A stretch of DNA of 62,983 nucleotides, filler included, from Choristocarpus tenellus KU-1152 (lineage: Eukaryota; Protista; Phaeophyceae), in NCBI GenBank assembly GCA_964200185.2. It is 13 parts of 13 records of this genome, joined end to end, with 100 filler letters (N's around TTAATTAATTAA, not from the genome) between each part and the next. Parts side by side here need not be neighbours in the genome. Positions count along the whole stretch, not along the records: positions 29,169 to 38,700 come from CAXNAD020003601.1; positions 38,801 to 44,102 come from CAXNAD020011225.1; positions 44,203 to 54,366 come from CAXNAD020003108.1; 10 more parts are not named here. The stretch is one strand, 5' to 3'. The notes under the pieces are model-generated. The model did no database searches, was not told the origin of the DNA, and was given only the letters and a program-made list of their open reading frames with translations. Below, one piece after another: positions 37,001-49,423 of this stretch. The stretch's first letter is position 1, and every line of letters begins with the position of its first letter. A program made the position numbers and the translations under genes.

Positions 37001-37944
37001 GGGGTCTGTGTTTGTGCTGTTTGTCTCACTCGTCTTTGTTCAATTAGAGAGGGATGTTTCCTGTATCTAGGTTTTCATCTGGTTGAGGATACTGTACTCC
37101 ATTCACCACAAGGGCAGTCACCTCTTGTAGGCAGGATGATATCGGTTCAGTGAGTGTTGCTAGTTGTGTGTTGCAGAAGGGAGTGTCAGTTGTGTCCAGA
37201 ACAAGTGCAGGTTAAAGGGGGAGTGGCTCAAGCAGTGCTGCAATAGTCCTTTGCAGTATTTTAGTTAAAAAAAGTAGGACCACATTAAAATGCGTCTTGC
37301 TCCAATTCACTGCTAAACCCCATATGGCATTTTTCCCACAAGCATTCTGCAAAGGGGTGTCTTGTATCTCCTTGGGGTATGCTGTGTCGCCCCTTTACAA
37401 TGACATCACAATGTATTGATAGTATGTGTTACTTTGAAGAACTGTATACCTATTACTGTATACCTGTTACTATATCCCTATTACTGTATACCTATTACTA
37501 TATCCCTATCACTGCATATCTGTTAGTGTATACCTATTACTGTATACCTATTACTGTATGCCTATTACCATATGTGCGTTGTGGTACAGATGATAGAAGT
37601 TTTCTTTGTGTCAAAGAACCCAAAGTTCAGACCCACTATTCATAGGCACTTCAATGCATTTCAAGCTGTATCAGGGTATATCCAAAGTGTAGGTAAACTA
37701 CACTTTCTGAGCATCGCACAGTGAAAGCAAGGATGGGATTGGTGGAGCAGGGAAGATAGGGAAGTGAACCATTTGCACTCCCCTGGAGGCAAGAGTGTCC
37801 TAGACGTGTCTCTTGCCTGTTGTCTCTTGTGTCTTTATTTTCTTTTTCTAATGTACAGGACTGGTTCACCTCCCAAGGCCGTGTTTGTTTGATATTGTCA
37901 TGATGGCACTTGTTCAAAAGAAAACCCGGGCAAAATTGTACAAG
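34082..37944 (+). CDS. Uncharacterised protein, partial (exons 34082-34220, 35682-35804, 36717-36888, 37859-37944; first exon possibly from ATG near 33497)
   Basis: Four AG/GT-bounded blocks splice into one open frame (phases 0, 0, 1). Acidic, low-complexity product with no recognised domain. Confidence 0.6.
35886..36068. repeat. 8-bp minisatellite (ATGTAGTA/ATGTATTA/ATGTATTG variants), intronic
   Basis: About 20 tandem units read directly. Confidence 0.9.
37441..37570. repeat. 14-bp minisatellite (TATACCTATTACTG). Other short arrays: ~22-mer 35202-35292, 15-mer 36647-36701, 29-mer x3 40282-40366
   Basis: Tandem units read directly. Confidence 0.85.
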
Positions 37945-38861
37945 GTTGTTTGACATTCTCATGATGGTATTTGATGGTGCCTCTCACTATTACTAATGTC
38001 ATTATTTGTTCAAAGTACAATTTTTTTTTGTTGTGCTGTGAGTAGTTCCTTACCTGCCTTGAACTACAACCACCATGCTGACTAAGGGACTTAAGATGCT
38101 CCCATCGAGCGAGTGGTGTGTATGTTGATGTTAAGGTGTTTTTTATTGATATTTTGTGTGGTATTTATAGTGGACAAGTCCCATGCATTGTCATAGGTTG
38201 TACAGCCACAAGTAGCTGAAGGAGCCTAGTGTCAGAGACGTGGCTATCAAGCTAAGCCAATTAAAAATTTGATCAAGAATGTTTTTTTTTGTCCTTGCCA
38301 TTGGTAAGTGAGTACATGCATCAAACTTGAGAATTGCAAGGGTTGGTGGGCATTTGGAGCTGTGCACAGTGTTCCCTTCAGTCTGTTTGGAAGCGTTGGT
38401 TTATTGTTGTTTGGTACATGTTGATAGGTTATGACATAGGATGCAGTGGTTACATCATCAAGAGTGGGGATTCAAATAGGATGCAACAACCAACTCATGA
38501 GAATCGAATTGATGCACTGTTGTGCTCAGTGTCATTTAAATGAGAAGTAGAATGAGGTGCATTTAAATGGACATTGTAAACAGATACAAGACGAAATGGA
38601 CTGGAAGTCATGATCTACCGGTTGTGGCATATTTTGGAAACACAAGCTTTATGCAGCTGTGTATACATTGTCACCGTACTATGAAAATACCTTTGGGGGG
38701 NNNNNNNNNNNNNNNNNNNNNNNNNNNNNNNNNNNNNNNNNNNNTTAATTAATTAANNNNNNNNNNNNNNNNNNNNNNNNNNNNNNNNNNNNNNNNNNNN
38801 TCTTTTTTTTTTTTTCGTGACCCGGCCGCGCGGGAGGGGCCCCCGCGCCCCCCGGGGGGGG

Positions 38862-38917
<56 letters not shown>

Positions 38918-39362
38918 AAGCCAGAGTGGGATTCACTTCAGCGAGTGCTCTATAACTTAATAGTGTACACCACAGGGTGAACTCTGAGTCGATTCACCTC
39001 TAAACATCATCATTGAGGCTTCAATTGCCCACAGCTCTAGATAGAGCTCACTGGCAGGAAGAACTTGATCCTCTACTACAAATGCATCGAATATTGCACT
39101 ACATTGCTGCAATCTCTTCTGTGAAGATCTGCCCTGAGCTGCCCATAGACTGACACAGCTGACACAACCCATCACGACATCTGACTGCAGTTATCTGTGT
39201 AACTGCCACAATCAGTGCTACCTCTGCATGTCTTCAACACCCATGACCCCAAAAAAGACAGTACATGACCCAAAACCTCTGTACAACAGTGTAGGTATAA
39301 AACATACATATGTTCCCCATCATCCCCCCCCCCCCTCCCTCCACCTAGACCTTCCTCCTCAC

Positions 39363-42300
39363 CTGACGTGAGTTAAATGCACACGTTTCTCCGGAGTTAT
39401 CCGCATTGGCAGACCAGAGAGCATCTCCAGGTGCCACAATATCTGGCTTGATTCGCCCATCAGGGGTGGGACCCCTTGAAGAGAAGTATGACACTGTGTC
39501 CATATCCCTCTGCGCTGAGCCACCCGACTCTGCTGCCCCTACTGCAATGACATTCTTGGCCTGAGCGGGGGACAGCACTGACTGTTCTGGGCCAATGCCA
39601 TCACAATCAGCATCACCATCCCCAATGTCACCACAGTTACCTGCTGCCACAACCACTACAAACTCCTGTTGTCAGGATAACGGGGTAGGTTGGGTGGGGG
39701 GTGGGAGGGGGGGGCAAGGGTTTAGATCAGAGTGAGCCTTGATAAGGGAGGAGGGGTTCAGCAGGTTGAAATCTGTCACAAGGGATGGGGAGACCTAACC
39801 TCATCGTGTTTCACAATGGTGGTCATTCATTGCTTCTTGTGTAACTCAGATCTCACCCCAGTTTTGCATTACACCATTGCACACCATTTCATGGCATAAA
39901 AAATTGGGAAATGTCCAGGTGACTCCAACATTGGTGGTGCCAGCATCGATATCATGCAAAACAAGCTCATCATCCACCCTCCCTCTGTGAAGTGTAAAGT
40001 GTAAAGGTTACCCAGCACATGAGATGATGCGTCAGAGTCACGCCACGCACCGGGTAGGTAAACACAAAGCGATCAAATTCATAGCTGATGGTGGTGTAGC
40101 CAGTGTTTAGAGTATCCCAGGAATTGCTGCCAACAAACATCAACAGAAAGCAACCATTGTGGAGCAGGTGAGTCCAATACAGGGTGTGGAACAGGGATTT
40201 CAGCATACAACAAAGGTGAGATGTACCTACAACAGCAGTGACAAACAGATCCACTTCAAAGCGTTCCAGAGTACAAGCAGCAGATTATGATGTTAACCAT
40301 TGTGTAGTACAGATTATGATGTCAACCATTGTGTAGTATAGATTATGATGTCAACCATTGTGTAGTGCGGATGAGTCATTCGGAACAAAAAACGACACAA
40401 TGTTTTAACTGTGTGATAGCAAAAGGGCAAGGGGGGCGGGGCCGGAGATAAGCATTTCAAGTAGGCCTCTAGGACAGGCAGCGCCACAGGCAAGAGAAGT
40501 TGGGAGGAGGCAATCAGTTCCCTCAGGAGAGGGTCTCTCACTGTTACCTATAGTGCCCATCAGGCAGTCAATGCTTCATCCATTTGGCATGTGCATCCAG
40601 TGCAACACCATGGCATGTTCTGAGAAATCTATTCAATCTTGTCAGTCATAGCATTTCCTATCTCATGGTGCCCATGGCAAAATTCATTTGTCACTCTTCA
40701 AATAAAACTCAGCACGGGTCTCTTCCCCACAATCTTTCCAGGTGATCAATTCCAGGATCTAATCAGATTCTTCGTGGGGTTAGGGAATAAGTGCAAAATA
40801 TTGTCTGTGCACACCACCTGGTTGCACATTAATTCATCACATTTTTGAAACCTCCATGTGCTACAAGACATCATGAGAGACAATACCAAGACACTTGGAA
40901 GGTCAAAACCTCTCAAGAATTTTCGATACCAGAACAGATTAAACAATCTCCTGGAGTGATACCAAATGAACCTCACGACCGTGCAACTCTTGAGGGACCT
41001 CCCTCTCTCTCGAACCTAAAAAGACTTTTTGAAAACACACATACCTGTGCACCCGTGCACCACCTTTGTATGCAGGCTCCAGCATGATATCATCCACCTG
41101 TCAAGATACCATCAAAGGGCCACAACAGCCCGCACATAGATGGGCATCGACATCGAATGAGTGAAGGAGTTAGTTACCGGGAAAAATTCAGATTAAAAAA
41201 AATAAAAGAAAGCGATCCAATGCCGTGAAATAATCAGAGGTCAGTGGGGACGGCATGACTGCTCAATAATAAATAAAAAAAGATGTTCCTGCGTATAAAA
41301 GCGTGCATTGATGATTTTGACTATACTACACAATGTATACGTTACCTGTGCTTCAAAGTAAGATTCTACCAACAGTTTTGACATCGCTCTCGCACAACCA
41401 TCAAGCGAAGCTTCTTCTCCCGCCAACCGAACTGCCAAAATTTCCACCACTGCTCTTGAGCTCTACGTTGCCTACATAGCACTCAGTATACCTACAACGG
41501 AAGAGAATGGTAACTGGAAACAAGAGCTCTCATGGCGATATGCTCGTTGTCAGAGCAAGACAAATCCAAGCAGGAGTACGTATCTGATCTGATCCGATTG
41601 ATATGATGAGGCTTCATTGCCTCACTTCACTAGAGCAGACTTCAAAAGGGTTCAAAGCCCAGGGTGGGAGGTTGTCTACACTCTACTCTACACCGGTGTG
41701 CGTACAAGAGAGGTTAGGGCTAACAGGGTTGACTGAATCCTGCCGGCCAAGCTTGTCTGACAAGCATATACTTTTTAATTGTGGTGGAAAAAGACAGGGG
41801 AAGTGGTCAAAAATTTGCTTGCTTCAACTACCTGCAATAAAAGGCACGTCACACAAAAGTATTCTTTGGTACTCTTGGTCAAATAATTCTACTAATATTC
41901 CATGATTTAACAAGTTTTTCATTGGCATTTCTTTTAGAAATCATAGTGCATTTCATGAAAAACATGTTGAGCATATTTCTAGTGGTACAATGAAAAAATG
42001 CTCTCCTCAGATACTGACAGCCTATGCAAATATACCCGGAGATTGGGGGACTATCACAGCTAACAATCCTTTAGTTCCAGTGCTTCCATTTCCTTTCATT
42101 GCACACTTCTGAATCACCAAGGACCTTGCCCAATGGTATTTGTATCTGTCCAGCTGCACCACCTATACCTTTTACCATCTCCTTACCCTTGCAACAAATT
42201 CACGACTGCAATACAACCCCAGAATATTAACCCTCCTTCCCCCCCTCCCCTCACCCCCAAAACCACAAATCATAAGAATACTCATGTGCCCTACCCGTTG

Positions 42301-43811
42301 TACCTGGTCTGGTGTGCTGAGAGAATTTCCGTTGGAAGAGTCTCCAAAGTCAAACACAGATAACTTGCCAGCAAATGCCATCCCATCCCCAGCATTGCCC
42401 CCTGCTGTAGTTGAGGCTATGGCACCAGCCACTGAACCTGCTACATGTGTACCATGCCCTTCATCCTCTGCAATAAGACACCAATTTGAGTTAGGGTTAG
42501 GGTATAGAGTACCTAGTCAAGGGTGAAGGTTTGGACAGGAGAAGAGCGTTGATCCATTTTTGTGTAGAGCTTATCACACACTAGAACAAGAGGAGAAATT
42601 GGGCAGATACAACATTGAGGGCTTGCGGAAAGGCTAATGTGATTGGTGAGAGTTGAGCTGACGACCAAAAAGAGCTATGTATAGTTAAGCATCTTAAAAG
42701 AGAATAACATTTTTGCTTCGAAGATCTCTCCAACTTGGGATCTCCCTGTGGAAAAGTTCAAACAACCATTCCAGAAGGTAGAGGGATGAGAAAACCAGCC
42801 CCCCATTGTAACTGACAAAAAAAGTATGTGGGAGGGAGGACAAAAAGATTGTAGATCTGCACATTGTGTAAGGCTGACTATGAACACATTCAATGAAATG
42901 CCTCATCACACTAGAGGTCTACGACCAATAAGAAACCACACAGGAAGTTCTAACCATTTGGTCACTTGCAGTGGAAGGGAATGTGCAAATTAGTGGATGC
43001 AGTGTCCAACACATCATTCAAATGGATAATGGTTGTTTCCCAAACGTGGCCCCCCAGTACTGTAGGGTACCTTACACCTGACCAGGGCGGTGGGGGCTTC
43101 ACTCATGGTCTGCGCAGGCATACTGCATGACTGTAGGCCCCAAAATTTTGGGAAGAAAAACGACACTGTCGAAAACCAGTTGCTCTGCACCAATGACCTA
43201 GTAAGAAGCAGTGCATCATCCCCACAGACTGCAGCCAATTGCACAATGGGGTAGATCACAGAAAGGAGTCTAAGGGGGGTGGGGAAGGAGCCCTGACCCT
43301 TTGTTACAATATGGCAACATTTCAGCGCCAAACAACTCCTGCTTGGTATGCCACATACAGCTCCACCGTACATGGGGACTTTACTGATTATAGAGGGGTA
43401 AGAAGTCCTAGAACTCCAAGCAACAAGGGAAAAAAAAAAAATATATATATATATATAGCCACAACATGGCCCACCCCCTACACTGTATACTACACACAAG
43501 TAGTCACTTTGAAGACGTTCTTTCCCCTCCCCCCACTGCCTGTGCTCCACCATACTTCCTACCTGTTTCTACCCTGCCTCACCCTTTCATATCGACTATC
43601 GACCCACGTTTTACAACACAGTCCACTCACCATCAAAGTCATCCACAAAATCAATGTACTGAACAACTTTGCGCTTGCTTAGGTCCGTAATGGGGTTGTC
43701 CCATGAGCTGGGTGAAACCGGATCCACTCCGTCTTCCTCCCTGAAGTCACAGTGGTAGATATCCAACCCCGTGTCTGCCACTGCGATGATCTCATCTTGC
43801 CCAAGCAAGCC
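39363..43811 (-). CDS. Subtilisin-like serine protease S8, KP-43/TagC type, internal part. Exons 43811-43631, 42467-42304, 41097-41045, 40126-40051, 39665-39363
   Basis: Catalytic Asp (IAVADTGLD), His (GHGTHVAGS), GARVHSNSW, oxyanion AAGN, AKNVIAVGA and FSSRGPTPDGRIKPDIVAPG. The GTSM serine exon is missing at the contig end. Phases agree. Confidence 0.92.
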
Positions 43812-45068
43812 CTTTGCAGCAGCAGAGGAAACCAACATTTGGGGGGAGGACGATGATCACCATGTCACACGAAGGGCTACAGAGGCTAAATATCAAAGCT
43901 AGGCTACAACAAAAGAAGAGTGGTACCAGGTGACAGCCCCATCCATTTACATGTTAAGTTATCGATGTAATAAGGGAAAAAATGAAATGTGTATGACCAG
44001 CTGAGAAACAACTGGAACCAAATTCGCCAACCTGTTTAACAGGACAAGGCTGGGCTCATCTATGCAGTTATGGGAGGGAGTTGGGGGGGGGCTGGGTGAC
44101 TGNNNNNNNNNNNNNNNNNNNNNNNNNNNNNNNNNNNNNNNNNNNNTTAATTAATTAANNNNNNNNNNNNNNNNNNNNNNNNNNNNNNNNNNNNNNNNNN
44201 NNCTTGAAGCACCTCGAGTTTGTACCTGATGATCCTCGACCCCCACCTTTCCTGAAAGCTGAGATTTTCAACCCGATTTCATTTTGTGGGGTTATCGTCA
44301 GATTCGGCACCGTTCTTGCTTGGCAAGCCCTGATGTTTCGTGGGACAAACTTATGAGACAGAGGTAGTAGTTTGATTACTAATTCTTCATGAGATATTGC
44401 CATGGACAAAAGTGGCAAAATGATATGTATGGACCATACCGTGGGAGAGAATCCTCCCAGGCATGAGTCAAACGATGTCCATTCCTGTGGACTACTGTTA
44501 AACCCTTTGACTCTAAAGCCTGGTTTTGACCCATTTTAGTATATCTGTGCATGTGGACAAATTGCGTGATCACTGTTGGTGTCCATACAAGCGTACTGGG
44601 TGTCTGGGTCCACTTCAACCTCCACATAGCATGTCTTCTAGTTTTCTTGGCCCTCTTGTTGTGCTCCATTGTTCCCGGTGAGTATTTCAATGTGGTGTAG
44701 CTAGGAGTGCATTGAGCATGCACCCTTGACTAGAGATGTGCCATTGCTGTCCCGCTTCAATACTCCATCCAAGCTATAGCGAAAATGGAGTTTGTTGCGT
44801 ACGGGTGAGTTGGTACCATCTACTCATTTTGTACTGTCTGGTGCACTTGATTTGTAAAACCTGACAAGGAGCTCTTGAGGCACAGGAAGTCCTGACGCAG
44901 GTCCCAGTTCAGTTCTGACTTGGTGTGCGTTTGGACTCAATGCATGAGACCCAGTAGACCTCTCTAGTGAAACTGGTCATATATTTCAGAATTGTGCCAT
45001 TAAATTGCCACAACTTTCCTCTTCGTCCTGTTGAGTTAAGCATACCCAATATATTGCCTCCCAAGCAG

Positions 45069-46353
45069 GAGCGCTCCGCAAATGTCGCTGCCAAGCATGC
45101 AGTAAGGGGATATTTTGATAGTCTCAGGGCTGAGGTTGGTATGGATGGTGTCAAGGTCACCGTTGTGCACCCAGGTGAGAGTGTTGAAATTTTGACACAA
45201 GCTATACTGCAACAGTATAGGAATTGGGCCATCCAGTCAACCTGCCGTTAACATGTTCCAAGCGATAAAAGCTTGGTCACCCTCTTCATTTTGTCACGTT
45301 TTTTCATACCCACAGGCACTACTCTCCCTGTTTCGCATGCAAATTACTCCACTTATACCTCAACCTTGATGCCGGTTTGATTGTAAATAACTCTTTGCAA
45401 CTGCTGAAGGCACAGGATACTTGGTCAGAGGGAGGCATTGAAACACCCGCTCAAAAGAATATATTTGATCTGACTGTTGTGGTTCAGAACAAAGTGATGT
45501 AAATATTAACAGTAATGTGATTGGGGGATAGGGCACGTTGGAGGATGGATGCATCTGTGTATGGGCTAAATGTGATGTAGACATTCTTCTGTTATTTGAT
45601 TTGTAATCTTTTCTATAGGGTTTGACATGGAGGTCATTTTGTCAATACAAAATGATAGTCTTTATCCCACATCCCCTGGAGCTCTGCCCCATCAACACCA
45701 GTATGACTCTGTACCTAAACGACTACGGAAGTAAGTGTAGTGTACAATTTAGTTGTTCTCGAGTCCAAATGCTTGGGATAGGAATTGGCATTCGCAACCA
45801 GGGGCGTGTGGACGAAGGTATGTCAGCAATTTGACCAATTTCAGCTCTTGCCACCCAGAAAAAAAGGGTGTTGGTAGGCAGGCCGATATGATGTTGAAAG
45901 TGAAACCCTGGATATGTAATTTCATATTTCACTGCAGAAAGTGGTCTCACCACAACTCCCTGCCAACAATACTTGTGCAACGTTTCAATGCCAATGGGAA
46001 TAGATCTCTTGCTCCCCCTGTCATATCTGCCATGTGTCACAGTGGCACCCTCACACCCTTCTCCAACCTGTGCAGGGGAGGTGCACACCAACCTGGCCAA
46101 GAATGCCATCCGGGCACAGCAAAATACTTCACTACATACGTCACTCCCCCTTGAAGCAGAGTTGATGGGGGATACAGCTTTGTCTGGTGGCCTTGACCCT
46201 GACAGAGCAGCAAGGAGAATTCTTGTAGCTGTGGCTAAAGGCCGCGAGGAGGTGATTGTAGAGAAGGGTTGGAAATGGAGGTTGAGAATGCTCCAGAGAT
46301 CGCTTTGGGCTAATCAACTCTTCAAGAAACTGTCAGATGAAGGGAAGGACTAG
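45069..46353 (+). CDS. Short-chain dehydrogenase/reductase, DHRS7/DHRS7B-like, last two exons (45069-45174, 46076-46353)
   Basis: RSANVAAKHAVRGYFDSLRAE..VTVVHPG|EVHTNLAKNA..GLDPDRAARRILVAVAKGREEVIV. The YxxxK motif reads NVAAK. Confidence 0.8.
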
Positions 46354-47369
46354 AACAAAAACTACTATGGATGTCCATGCACTCATTACTTCCTTCTTAC
46401 CCTCTTGTGTAACAAACTAGACTGGTTCCCCTGCACTGTTTTGCTTTTTGGGAGACAGGTGAAGCCCCATCCACAGTTACGTAAGCTTCATTCCTTGAAA
46501 GTGTTCATAAAGTGTAAGAATGAATTTATTTTGTCTATAGCTCTATCCGATGGACTTATTATTGTCTGTTCATGACTGGATTGTGTCCCAGCACATTCTG
46601 TTCATGCTTCTAAGGGGGTACGGGAGAGCTGAAGTTTGAGATGTGGTCAACCCAAGAATCGAAACTAAACACCTACATAATGTGTGTGTGTTCAAGCCAA
46701 TTTGTATGTAGTATGTTCATGCATAATAGTTACACAAGAGGGGTGCTCCATTGCTGATAAACAGTACTACTGCGGAAGGAAGGGGTATTCAAGATTTTTG
46801 GAACATCTTTTCTGGAAGATTTCAAGTTTGACAACGAACAATTTGTGGTTGGAATTATGGGGGGGCAAGCCAGATCTAATGCAGTTAGTTGGAAGGTCCT
46901 ACTCCTCCTAGAACCCAAGATTCCTTTCCGTCTTAGGTCAAATTTGGAGAAAATACTTCAGTCCCACCAAGTAGACTGAAGGCATTCAAACCGCTGTAAA
47001 ATCTGCTACAGGTCGATTCATCCCATGAAATACACATGAAATGAAAGTTTACGCCCTGAAGGATCGATCAACCTATAGAGATACCTTGGACTGGCTGTAC
47101 AGTGTGCAATAGGGTACACTATCTGTACTGGCGGGGCAGCTTTGTTGTTGAGTTTTTTCTTGTTTTCATATTTAATACATTGTTTTACCTGTTCATGATG
47201 TGAAACCTATGTCATTGGAATGTTGATATGCACTGAACCCTTAAGATATGTTTTTGGTGACTCAAATCGTTTTGGTTGGCAATGCAAAACATTTTCAGAT
47301 CAATTTCTTTGGAGCACTTTGAGAGTGCTTTGATTAATCTAAGTGTTACTGGGTCGTCCTTTGATATTC

Positions 47370-48299
47370 ATTCCAAAAATACAGGCTCAGATTTGTCAGC
47401 TTCGACGTTGTCATTGTTGCCATCTTCCGCCATGAATTCCACCTCATAATCCTCCTACAAAATCTCCTCATCTACCCCCCCCTTGATAGCATCCGTAGGT
47501 CTCGCCAACTCATTCATATCTTTCAGCTTGTGTGGAACATTTGTGAGGTTGGATATGTCTCCTTCCAATATCTTCTCCTCCATCTTGACATATTTTGTCA
47601 CTCCTTCTGGGCATGGGTATCTAGGTTGCCCCAGTCTGCTGGTTTCCATCCACCCTCTATCCAATCCAAGTCAGGGTCACTATACCACCCAGCCATATCT
47701 GATCTCTCACTTGGGCAATCGTTCTCCCTTTTGCATACCAAAAGGTGAGGTACTGCTTCCCATGCCAAAAAAAAAATGCTTCCCATATTGCCAAAACAAC
47801 TCTATGCGCTGAAACTTGGGCATGTAAGCCCGTGTCCAAATCATATCCCAGCTGTTCTTCCTCATACACCCGCTCCAGGAGATTGACTGGGTATTGACTT
47901 TGGAAAAAAGATATCGTTGCAGCTACAACTTCCTTGGTACTCAGGTCGTTCCCACAACCAGAATTATATTTAGGAAAGGTCCCCACATTTGGCACTTCGA
48001 TGGTGTGATCTCTCCCTCCCCACCCAACTTTGATTGTTTCGGCCTTGTACTTGCGCAACAGGTCTGTGTTGCCATTCTGATCCCTATAACAGGGGATTTC
48101 CAAAATTGAGGATGGACTTGACCGAAAATTGACTGGGAGAAAGTGCCGATAATTTTTTTTTGTATTGTGGTCACATTAAAAAAAAAAACATATCGGCACT
48201 TTCTCCCAGTCAATTTTGGGTCAAGTACATCCTCAATGAAAAGCTCCATCCTCAATTTTTGAAATCTGCTGTTAAAGCAGTTGTGATTGAATGTCAGCT
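47370..48299 (-). pseudogene. Intronless decayed ORF of unknown family, interrupted by MITE-C and cut by MITE-B
   Basis: Three overlapping ORF pieces (47657-48103, 47598-47786, 47455-47664) linked by frameshifts. Removing MITE-C plus one TA restores the frame (DIQSQLLYRDQNGNTDLL..). Confidence 0.45.
48089..48272. mobile_element. MITE family C, near-palindromic, TA target duplication (Tc1/mariner-pogo-like). Related partial copy at 60053-60165
   Basis: TA|ACAGGGGATTTCCAAAATTGAGGATGGA...TCCATCCTCAATTTTTGAAATCTGCTGT|TA, with internal arms AAAATTGACTGGGAGAAAGTGCCGATA / TATCGGCACTTTCTCCCAGTCAATTTT. Confidence 0.85.
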
Positions 48300-48385
48300 G
48301 AGCCAAATTATCTCAGAGGTTAGAGCCGCGTCCACTTGATGGGCAAAATCCAATATTGCGATTTTGATGTAATTTTGACTTCCTT
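48300..48385 (+). mobile_element. MITE family B, left part only
   Basis: GAGCCAAATTATCTCAGAGGTTAGAGCCGCGTCCAC..AAAATCCAATATTGCG matches the family B left arm. Confidence 0.8.
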
Positions 48386-49423
48386 ACTTAATGTACAACC
48401 TGATCTACACAATAAGGAATTCATCAAGTCATTTACATACACGTCTTGCGAACATCAATTTCCTCAACATGCTAGCTAGCATTACTTATTGAATTGCGCT
48501 AAGTTCTTAAGGCTAGCGTTAAATCGATTGAGGGGGAGTCCTGATGGAGGTGGCCGTCGATTACAGAAGACGTACTTCGAGAAGAGCGGAGTATGGAGAC
48601 ACGACACCTGCAACACAAGTTGAAGAAGGTAGAGAGGTGGTCGAGTCTGAGGATAAAGACGGAGAGGTGGTTAGCAGAACAGTGCAACAGGAGATACCAA
48701 CTGGACAGAGATTGCGACGACTTACCATTGCCATTGCCATCAAAATTCAAGGTTTATAGTGGCGATGATGATGGTGAAGGATTTGCAATGTTCGAGCGAA
48801 AATTCATTTTGTGTGCTGTCATGGGCGACTGGAAGGATACTTTATTATCTGATGATCACATCAGACTGAGCAATGATTTTTTCGATGATTCCAGATGGTC
48901 TGAACGTGAAATAGAAAAAGCAAGTTTGGTGATGGCTGTTCTGGTGATGACTTTGGATGGGTTTGCAGAACAAGTGGCGAGCAACCATGACAGTCCTTCC
49001 GAAGCTTTCCAAGCTCTCAGGAACCATTTTAGGAAAAGTGGCATCACTGAAAGGGTCACCATGAGATCAAAGCTTAATTCACTACATTTACCTGCGGGAA
49101 AGGATCCGTCCACCGTCATCATGGAGCTGTACAGGATCGTGAAGAAGATGAGATCCCTACAAGATGAACCGAGTGATGAGGAGCAACCAAGTGCCATGCA
49201 CAATTGCTTGACTGAAGAATACTTTATGGAGATTCGACAGGTCAGAGGGAGTGGACGAGAAGCGAGGCTGGATCTGCAAAAACGAGTTTTCGAGACCTAT
49301 CAGCTACGTAAACAACAACTTGAACGAGGATTGGCAAGTAATGGCGGTGCATTGATGGTGGAACGAACCTGTTCGAGAAGTGGAACTACTGGTTTTCAAC
49401 AGGATCGGCAGTCAAGACGCGTG
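48386..49423 (+). mobile_element. Copia element 1: putative LTR tail and gag ORF (48593-49423), interrupted by Copia element 2
   Basis: Gag (UBN2-like) ORF whose last codons run into the TGTGCAAA of the next LTR. Confidence 0.7.

Noticed and set aside
23593-46353. LPMO, sulfotransferase, subtilisin and SDR as a cell-wall gene cluster
   Set aside because: They lie on different contigs separated by artificial linkers, so physical linkage is unsupported.
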